Part shown: positions 55,570 through 64,000 of the stretch, one piece after another
How the letters are laid out: every line of letters begins with the position of its first letter
Numbering within the stretch: position 1 is the stretch's first letter
Source: Bigelowiella natans CCMP2755
Lineage: Eukaryota; Protista; Cercozoa
Assembly: GCA_000320545.1 (NCBI GenBank)
Contig: ADNK01003163.1
Span: 1-64,000 of the forward strand
Direction: 5' to 3'
DNA: 64,000 nt
Notes under the pieces: generated by a model
The model's input: the letters and a program-made list of their open reading frames with translations, nothing else
The model's database searches: none
Told to the model about the DNA's origin: nothing
Program-made: the position numbers and the translations under genes

Positions 55570-56717
55570 AGGCTAAGCAGGAGAGTGGTGAGAGCGACTC
55601 TTCCCTCCCACCACGATTCGATCCAAGTTTCATCTCTTCTAGGTGGGATCATATCCTCAATATGTATATAGTTTCATTTGCATCTTGCTGGTGCTATAAT
55701 AAAACGCTGCAGTAGTAATAATAGTAGTAATGGAAGTAAGACGATAACTGCAGCACTACCTCACTCATCCCCTTTCTGCTACTACTGCTACTATTGCTAC
55801 TATTGCTACTGCTGCTAGCTACTACTTACGTCGATATGCATCAACTCATAATTATCATCATCATGATATTTGATATCATATCATATCATATCATCAGAGG
55901 CACACAGATCTACGACTTCAGTAACAACAACCGTACAGCACGTAAGGCTAGGGTCGGTGGAACGATTTACATCATCCGATCTCATCGTATACCGCACCGC
56001 AAAATCATAAGAATCAGATTCCGTGTTGGTACTACTACTACTACTACTACTACTACTAGAATAAGTATGAAGCACTGCATGTTGTTGTTGTTGTTACTAT
56101 GATGTTATCATTTTGTAATTTACGTGAGATACCTGAGGTGGTTGGCTATTAAAGATTATTAGTATTTACTCCTCCTAATCCTCTTACTTTTCAAAACTGC
56201 TGGTTACTCGCTGTTTTTTACCCATCATGTTGTGCGAGGTTTATTGAGAGTTATTATTTGTGTGTTCTCCTTCGTTAGTACCCATCGACCATTTCATTCA
56301 AGCTTATAATGCTGTATTCTTCTTCTTCTTGTTCCATTGTCTGCGTACTACTACTACATATGTTACTTCTTCCTGTTCTTCTCAGATAGGTATGTGTCAG
56401 GAGACTTCCAAGTAGGCTTCATGACTCGTCGAGAAACGAGATCTGCGTGGCTGCGAAATCAAGAAAATAATGGCATTTACGGAATTACCAATGTAATATC
56501 ATTACCAATGTATAATGTACAAATGATATGATTGAAGGAGGAGGAGGAGGAGAGAGAGAAATATGAATATTTAGCATTCATAAGTGCTGTTATTACTACC
56601 GCGGATAGGAGAAAGTAGGCAAGATATTTATGTGTAAACAACGACGAAGGAAACTGAGCCAAAGCAAATAATAAGCAATTTAACGTATACTATCATGTTG
56701 TCAAGTGTTGATGTGTG

Positions 56718-56750
<33 letters not shown>

Positions 56751-56841
56751 TGTATGTGTGTGTATTTGCGTTAGTCAATGCATATGTTTTGATTATTGTC
56801 CTTTCATTACTTTCTTAACGAGTAAGCGCTTCTTCGCCATC

Positions 56842-56872
<31 letters not shown>

Positions 56873-57568
56873 CCATCATCTTCATCACCATCATCATCCA
56901 TCATTCTCATTGCAGCAACAGTACACTATGAGGGCAGGAGTCGTGATAACATTCACTGTGCGCCCATTACTCAGGGAAGCAACGGTAGTAAGTACTAGGT
57001 CTATAGATGATAATGATGATTATGATGATGACATGTCACTAATAGACAGTGATATGTGGATAATAATAGCCTACCTGCATGTATATATATACATATATTA
57101 TTAGTAGTAATATAATAATTATAATCATAATAATGATGTCGGCGATGACTCATATAACAATCGTTTTCGTATTTTGTTTACTTTTCATTCCTTCCTCGTT
57201 TTCCTCCCCCTCCTCCTCCACCCCTCTCTCCTCCTCCTCTCCTCGTGTACGATGACTATAATAGCCTGTTTGCTACTATTTTACAGCTGTTTTCATACTT
57301 CTATTCTGCCTGATTTCCACCAACAAATGTAGACTGTCAAAGATGAAGTTATCATCACTAGCAATTCCTTCTTCTTGTTGTTGTTGTTGTTGATGTTGTT
57401 GCTGTTGTTGTGTTTATCAGGCCAGTGTGGGCAATCAGACCATTCGTACATGGAATCAAATCAATATACACGGTGCACAAGCTATTTTTGCAGCAGTTGC
57501 GATGCGACAGATCGGAAATCAGGTATGTAAGTGTGTGTGTGTTTGTGTGTGTGTATGCGCGTGCCATC

Positions 57569-57613
<45 letters not shown>

Positions 57614-59448
57614 CCAGACTTGTTTGGTTTTCTGTAATCGTTATCATCATCAATCATCATCTTGAGTTATCATACATATAAGTTTATGTTAATGATAACC
57701 ACTGTCTAGGTAAATAAGGTTCAATATTGTTCTTTTCCCAGTTTTTCCTTTGCTCTCTTTGCCATCAGTTTCAAGGCATCCATTGACTACAAAATATTAA
57801 TAATAATAATAATAAATCATGTTAGGTAACTCTTCTTGGGGGAGGGTTCAACGACGGTACAAACGAGGAAAAGGTTAGTAGCTTAAATAAAATACAACGA
57901 TAATAATAATATGATCAACATGCAATGGAACATATCAGTTGCTGTCTTCCAGTAGTTAGTCATTACTACTCAAGATATCTTAATCAGTATTATCATCATC
58001 ATCATCATCATCATCATTGTGCGTGTGTGTGTGTTTACGTACATACAACGTATAATACCATTCGAGAGGTAGACCATAACATCGACCGTTTGTTCTTTTG
58101 CATCATCTTCATCCTGATCAAGCATTTTTTGACAACATATATCAATGATAAGCTATATAATTGTTGTAGGGCAACAACAACAACAACAACAACAACGGTG
58201 TAGTTTCATCGATGTTTGGTTTCCTCAAACGCGCAATAGTTGGTTCGTCGAGTATTAAAGAAGAAAAAGAAGAAAAGGTGGTGGTGTTTCTCTATCTTCT
58301 TCTCTCTCCCTTTTCTCCTCTTCTCATCCATCTACAAATTTACTGCGTGCAACCTTCATCATATTGATAGTGCAATAAGTCACCTAGCAAGGATTGTCTT
58401 TCTTACTGCTGTGTTCATATTCCCCCTTCCTCAAACTAGGGTGCTGCTGCAGAAAAGGGAAAATATGGAGATGATGATGTTTTTACCGCCGCTCAAGTTT
58501 CCAGGAAGTATAGCAGCAACAGCGACAACAACAACAACGAGGCACCGTCTATGGGTGTGAGTTTTCTTGGAATACGAGGCTGCGAGCTATCTAGAATTGA
58601 TTCTATCAGCTCTACTACTACTACTGCTGCTGCTGCTGATAATGATCAAGATAATAAGAAAGAAAAGGGGAAATACGATAAGGGAGAGGAGGTTCAATCA
58701 GACGAAAAAAGAGGCGCCAATAACGATGATAATCGTGGAGAGGAGGCCAAGATGATGAAGTCTTACATTGGACCTTCAGTGGTGAAAAAGGTTAAAGTTA
58801 ATCCATCCATCCATCATTTGTGTGACATTCAGCATCACCATCATCATTACCAGGATGATGGATGATGAACCGATCTATTACTATTAGTACCAATACTACC
58901 GCAACTATTTTTTAGGTAAATGGCGGAAGTGTGATGATCGATTTGAAAGAGAAGATCCCTCAAAATGTGACAAAATGTGCAAATGACAAAGTCGAAAAGG
59001 CAAAGAAGCAAGAAAGCCTTATAGCTTCATCACGGTAGGATATGACGAGAGGAGGAGATGTTACATGCTGTTGCTGCCTGCTATTTATTGATAGCGTATC
59101 TGCGTATGTTCCTTACTAGCAGCAGCAGCAAGAGCAGTTTGCAAATTATGTATGATTATCTTCGATGGACAAGGAAGAAGGGCCCTTGTTGCTTCTTGCT
59201 CTTGTCTACATCTTACCGCCCCCACTTTATTTTATCGTCATCAGAGATATGGAAAGACAGTTGAGCGACTATCACTACTTTCATAACAAGTGCGGCATGG
59301 ATATGTTGGCTACTGCCAAAGAATATTATGAGGAGGGCTCAAAGCCAAAGATTATCGATCGCTTGTTCGCCGTAGCGCATGTTCTTTTCAGAGCTGGAAA
59401 GTACCGCAAGAAGGAGACAGTAGGGTGGAAGAATGCTGCTGCAGGTAG

Positions 59449-59484
<36 letters not shown>

Positions 59485-60394
59485 AGAGGAAATTATTGCC
59501 ACTAGATGCGATGATTAGTACACACTTCCTTATGGGTTTTTCCCAACTCGTAGTACAAGGTAGTAACCATGTGCTGTTTATGCATGTTGTGTGTGTGTGT
59601 TTGCTTGTTTGGTAGATTTTATGACTGAAGATATAATAAGCTACATTCACTTGTTGAGTTCCTACCTCAATGAGGAAGAAGAAGACAACGATAAAAGGAA
59701 GAAGAAGAAGGAGGAGGAGGAGGAGGATACCGTAGATGGCGATGATGTGAAATCGATGCACAAAAAGGAAAGGAAGGAAGCGTTAACCGTGTCCCCCCTT
59801 AAGGTGCTGCTCACGCTTTTCCTCTCTCTCTCTATGATATATATAGAAATGTATGCATTAGGTAGTCATCATGAGTCGTCGTTGTGAACTACAAAGACTT
59901 GAAAATAACACACGATGATAATAGTCATCATGAGTCGTCGTTGTGAACTACATACAAAGACTTGAAAATAACGCACGATGATGATAATAATACGACGTTA
60001 GGTGAAACACTCTGCTCTGAGTCCTTCAAGATGTCGATGCGTTTTCGGTTTATGGGCAATGCTTTGCGAGAATCCCAAGAGGAAAGGAAGGTATTTACCA
60101 GAGATCCAATGTCTCCTTGTCACAATAGGAAAGGCTGGAGAGTTTATAAGAAATGCACTCACGCTGTCCGGTAATGCTCCAGGCGTCAGGTACACTACGA
60201 GAGAGAATGAGTAGATGCGTGTGCGTGTATAAAATATCATAGAGATCTTCCTTCTTATCATCATTCTTCAAGAAACTGTGATGAACGTTCTTCATCTACC
60301 GAATACCTGGATTTATACACATATAAGTACATATATTATACTACTAAGTGGGAATATGAATGGGGGCCATCATAATATCATTGAGTAGTAGTAA

Positions 60395-60433
<39 letters not shown>

Positions 60434-61160
60434 GTATTATTTTGGGTTGTTTTAACGCTGCTACATGTTGAAGCATTACTTGAACAGCATACACACATAG
60501 TAGTAGTAGTAGTAGTAGTGATGGTGGTATGCACGTTCATGACTCCTCTCCTTGCACATTAAAACACAGACGTTATTACTCTGTTGTTGTTGCCTCTATT
60601 ATTTGTTTTATTTCTCCACATGTCTCATATGGAAGAGCGACAGGACTTCCATAGTTTCCTTTTCTCCTCTTCAACTCTCAACTGCTATTTACTACTCTTC
60701 TTGCATTCTAATAATTGTTTTCTTGCTCAGATTTGCCGCACTGGAGGCCCTTTGTGCACTTGCTTCTAGCAATCAAGAGACATCGCCCATCCTAGCGACT
60801 CTCCTAGTTCCACACGTAATAAAGTGCCTAAGGAGTACACAAGATCAAACCATCGCTTACGAAGGACTGCGAGCGCTCCATGCTCTGCTTGAGGCATGGC
60901 CACAAATCATCTATATGATGGAGAAAAATGTGGAGAAGAAGAAGGGATTTGAGAAAAGCGCAGCAGACAAAGAAGGAGAAGAAGAGGGATGGACACCCAG
61001 TGAGTTGTCCTCCGTGACTGACAGCCTTAATGCAAGGTTTTCGTTCGATGTTGACGTTGTTTCGCTATGCATGCGCATGCGAGCTGTCATTCAAGCCATC
61101 ACAGCTGCTGAAGTTGTTGATGAGAATACAGATGCTTCCACACAGATCATCTTTGAGTAG
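55570..61160 (+). CDS. C-terminal exons with a possible SPRY-like segment and a helical ARM/HEAT-like last exon
   Basis: Exons GDFQVGFMTRR...NNGIYG, VITFTVRP and RPVWAIRPFVHG (weakly SPRY-like); last exon FAALEALCALASSNQETSPILATLLVPHVIKCL...ALHALLEAWP..., stop at 61160. Confidence 0.55.
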
Positions 61161-61499
61161 TAAAAGTGCAGGTGATAATGATTATTACCAGCGACGAGGT
61201 ATATGCATAATTTTGAATTTCCAAGAATCCGTATCATTACAGGTTAAAGAATGTGCTTGAACGATAGGTATGCTTGTCTGGCATTTCTATAGTGAGAGAA
61301 GAAGAATGTGTTCTATCATTTTTCTCGCGATGAAAACTAGACACATCTCGCCATCTGCAATGTAGAACTTAGGCTAATAATTTTGTACAAATAATGACGA
61401 TGCATCCTCGTATAGTTTTCTAATAATAACATTAGTATCTGCTGGGAAGTGTGATTCGTACCACTCGATCTCATCAGCCTCCTGCATGCGATGATGTGT

Positions 61500-61535
<36 letters not shown>

Positions 61536-62199
61536 CACACATGCGTGTGGAGCACGCCTCTCATGCACATGGTACATGCCTGATATCGCCTAACCTGATG
61601 ACGTCACTTGCGAGCAAATTTCCTTAGTTTGCAATTGCATCCATGCTGTGTGTATGCGAAGCAGCGCAAGCCATAGATTTCTATAGTGGACACAGCAATT
61701 CCATGTATGTATTACGTGGTGTCTATCATTTCTTAGCTGTGCAATGATGCAGGGGCGTAGTTGCGTCATGGACTGTTAATATATTTGACTCGCGATTTTT
61801 GATGGAGCGCCACTAGCGTCGCACGGTCGTGGCGGCACTGTCGCACATGCACACGTCAGATTGCACTTCCAGCTGCAGATGCAGCTAGTGTATCGCTAGA
61901 TCGTGAAACGAGTTTGCTTGCAGATCTGCATCTTTAGATCTCTAATCTTTTCTGCGCTGACGACTGCTGAAGCTCGACTACAAACTACGTGTCGCATGTA
62001 TGCGTACACCGCACCCACATTCTAACCATCATCCCAACTTTGTCATGAGGTGCACATACAAGCAGGCCTGTAAGCTTGTAATTGTACATGTTTCACCGTG
62101 TCGACAGTCTGCCCGCCTGTGTGTCATCTATCAACTAGCAGTACGTTTTAGCGGGCTTGCGGTAGCTGCTTAGCTTTTGTGCGCGGGACTGTGCTGATG

Positions 62200-62561
62200 T
62201 CACTGAGTGTCAACACGCGGTCCTGTGTGCGTTTGAATTGTGTTGATGACTTGTGACTTGCGCTGCATGCATGTGCGCATTGGGTTCCGGCGCATTCGCG
62301 AAGATTCTCGAATCTTCCAGAATTCTCTCGAATTCTCTGGAAGATTCTCGAAGCTTCCGGAATGCTCTCGAAGATTCTGGAAGATTCTCGAATCTTCCGG
62401 AATGTTCTCGAAGCTTCTGGAAGATTCTCGAAGCTTCTCGAAGATTCCCGAAGTTCTGAGAACTTCCATGCGCATGTGCGCAGCGCAGCGTGCAGCACGA
62501 GTGGACGTGCGCATGCTGCGACAGCTCCTTGATCGTGGGTGGCGCGGCCAGACCGCTGACA
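62200..62561 (-). mobile_element. Putative Copia LTR (TpA-erased) preceded by a polypurine tract
   Basis: On the minus strand, catgggggcg|TGTCAGCGG (PPT-LTR junction at 62561); candidate TGACA end near 62198-62212; no TpA in 62173-62854. Confidence 0.5.
62295..62467. promoter_or_regulatory. Long heat-shock-element-like array (GAAnnTTCnn)n
   Basis: 11 consecutive in-phase 10-bp units at 62340-62449 (one TTC->CTC mismatch) plus flanking units; a second ttcYRgaa cluster at ~62927-62980. Confidence 0.7.
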
Positions 62562-62990
62562 CGCCCCCATGGACGTGGTGACCACGATCAGAGTGCTGAT
62601 GTGCACGTGCCATTTCTGCCATGGTGACAGAACTTTTGCACGGTGCTGCACATGGACGCCATTCCCAAAGGTTTCGGAGTCCGAATGGTTGGCAAAATTT
62701 TGCCGACCAAACATCGCACCACCAGACGCCTGAAACTCTGTGCAGAGGCACAAAATTCCCAGGCTTGCAACTGGGCAAGGTGCCATGGGCATGGTGCACT
62801 CCGAAATCGGCAGGAAAAATTCTTGCCTGACTGGGCAAGGTGCCACCATTTCGGTACGAACTGGGACTTGTCCAAAAAATTAATTTTTTAAACGACACCA
62901 GTGTGCTTCCAGAAAAAATTCTGGAATCCCTCACGTGCTTCCAGAAAACATTCTGGAACATTCTGGAACATTCTGGAACACCGATCTGGT
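62562..62990 (-). mobile_element. TpA-depleted internal 3' region of the older LTR element
   Basis: Lies immediately 5' of the PPT on the minus strand; TpA-void to 62854; ctgggcaaggtgcca repeated at 62771 and 62831. Confidence 0.45.
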
Positions 62991-63064
62991 TTCCCATAGT
63001 CAGGTCCCCAAATTTAGGAACTTCGATCGACCGTGCTTTTAACTCTTCACCTTGCCCCACCTCT

Positions 63065-63398
63065 TGTGATGAGGCGAGCTACGTACACGTCCACGTCCCC
63101 CAATGGAGCTCTTCCCTGAGAGACGAAATTGCGGGCTGGGCTCCAAATACTGTTGGCTGGCTGGGTTGCAGCCATGCCAGATCGAGAAGGAATGCCGAAG
63201 AGAATACAGTCTGCCTTCGTGGGTCTGAAGGCATCATACTCTGGTCATAGCGACATTGTTCTTCCACACCTCCACACAGGGAAGGCAGTTTTTTTCTGTC
63301 TTATTTATTTTTAATTTCGTAGGTATCTCGTAGTATATAGCCTTATATCTTGTTCTTGTTTTGTAGGTATCCTGTCTTTGTTCCACATTCGCCCCCAT
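63065..63398 (-). mobile_element. Putative 3' LTR and PPT of the TpA-intact Copia element
   Basis: atgggggcgaa|TGTGGAAC junction at 63387, downstream of the RNase H ORF; candidate ...TCACA end at 63065; normal TpA content. Confidence 0.45.
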
Positions 63399-63620
63399 GA
63401 TTGTGCAGTGTCTGGAAGACAGACACTGTGCAATTATATAATCCATAGCGTAATTTACATTCGCCCCCATCGGAGCTGTGCACATAGCTGTGCATATAGT
63501 CCATAGTAAGATACGCAAGGAAAGGTACACACATATAAAGATGTGTGCCATTAAAACCTTGCAGCCTATATGTTCATATGTTGTAGGTTTCTAGATGGAC
63601 GTGGGGCTTTTATAGGGCGT

Positions 63621-64000
63621 CTAAGCGGACGTGGGGCCGACAAGGCGAGGGAGCTTGTAAGGTAGAGCCTTTGTTGTTATTTTTCTTTTTCTGGTGCCTT
63701 GTAGCATGATGGTTAGTTTTTCTCTGTATGATATAGGGAACAAGAAATCACAGTGTTTCTTGTTGCTAGGTCCTGGTAGAGCCTTGGTAAGTATATCAGC
63801 GGGATTGTCCTCCCCAGGTATTTTGTTTATGCAGATCTGCTTGGTTTGATAGTTATCACGAACATTGTGATATTCTATCCTTATGTTCTTGCCTTTCTGT
63901 GTGAATCCAGGCTTGGCTGCAATGGAGATAGCTGCTTGAGAGTCACAATACACAGGTACAGGGTTCGGTATTTTCATTTTTAACTCCTGTAGTAACTGAG
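63621..64000 (-). mobile_element. Ty1/Copia pol C-terminus (RNase H)
   Basis: VPVYCDSQAAISIA...KGKNIRIEYHNVRD...IPGEDNPADILTKAL, the canonical Copia RNase H motifs; runs off the window edge. Confidence 0.95.

Noticed and set aside
62295-62467. CRISPR-like array
   Set aside because: Contiguous 10-bp units with no unique spacers, in a eukaryotic LTR context.

Overview
Eukaryotic nuclear DNA, most likely from a cercozoan rhizarian (chlorarachniophyte-like). The basis is a polyubiquitin gene with the Rhizaria-type one-residue (Ser) insertion at monomer junctions. The window has two compartments. (1) Intron-dense genes whose short GT-AG introns are packed with microsatellites: an L-galactose-dehydrogenase-like aldo-keto reductase, a Sel1-repeat protein, PSMG4/PAC4, endonuclease III (NTH1), an ABC1/ADCK kinase, polyubiquitin, and a ~28 kb run of + strand exons encoding PH, Ariadne-type RBR E3, RanBP2 Zn-finger, NHL-repeat and ARM/HEAT-like segments, possibly one giant gene. 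(2) Intergenic transposon-derived islands (pogo-like DDD transposase, LINE endonuclease remnant, Copia 3' ends/LTRs, unclassified repeats). The main finding is that most of these islands are almost devoid of the TpA dinucleotide: I found none by hand in ~26832-29042. Survivors are nearly all in CTA/TAG context, and the ~880-residue transposase has no tyrosine. This looks like a repeat-targeted TpA->TpG/CpA/CpG process, the mirror image of fungal RIP, or a TpA base modification miscalled by the sequencer. All counts are manual, and exon-level coordinates are approximate.
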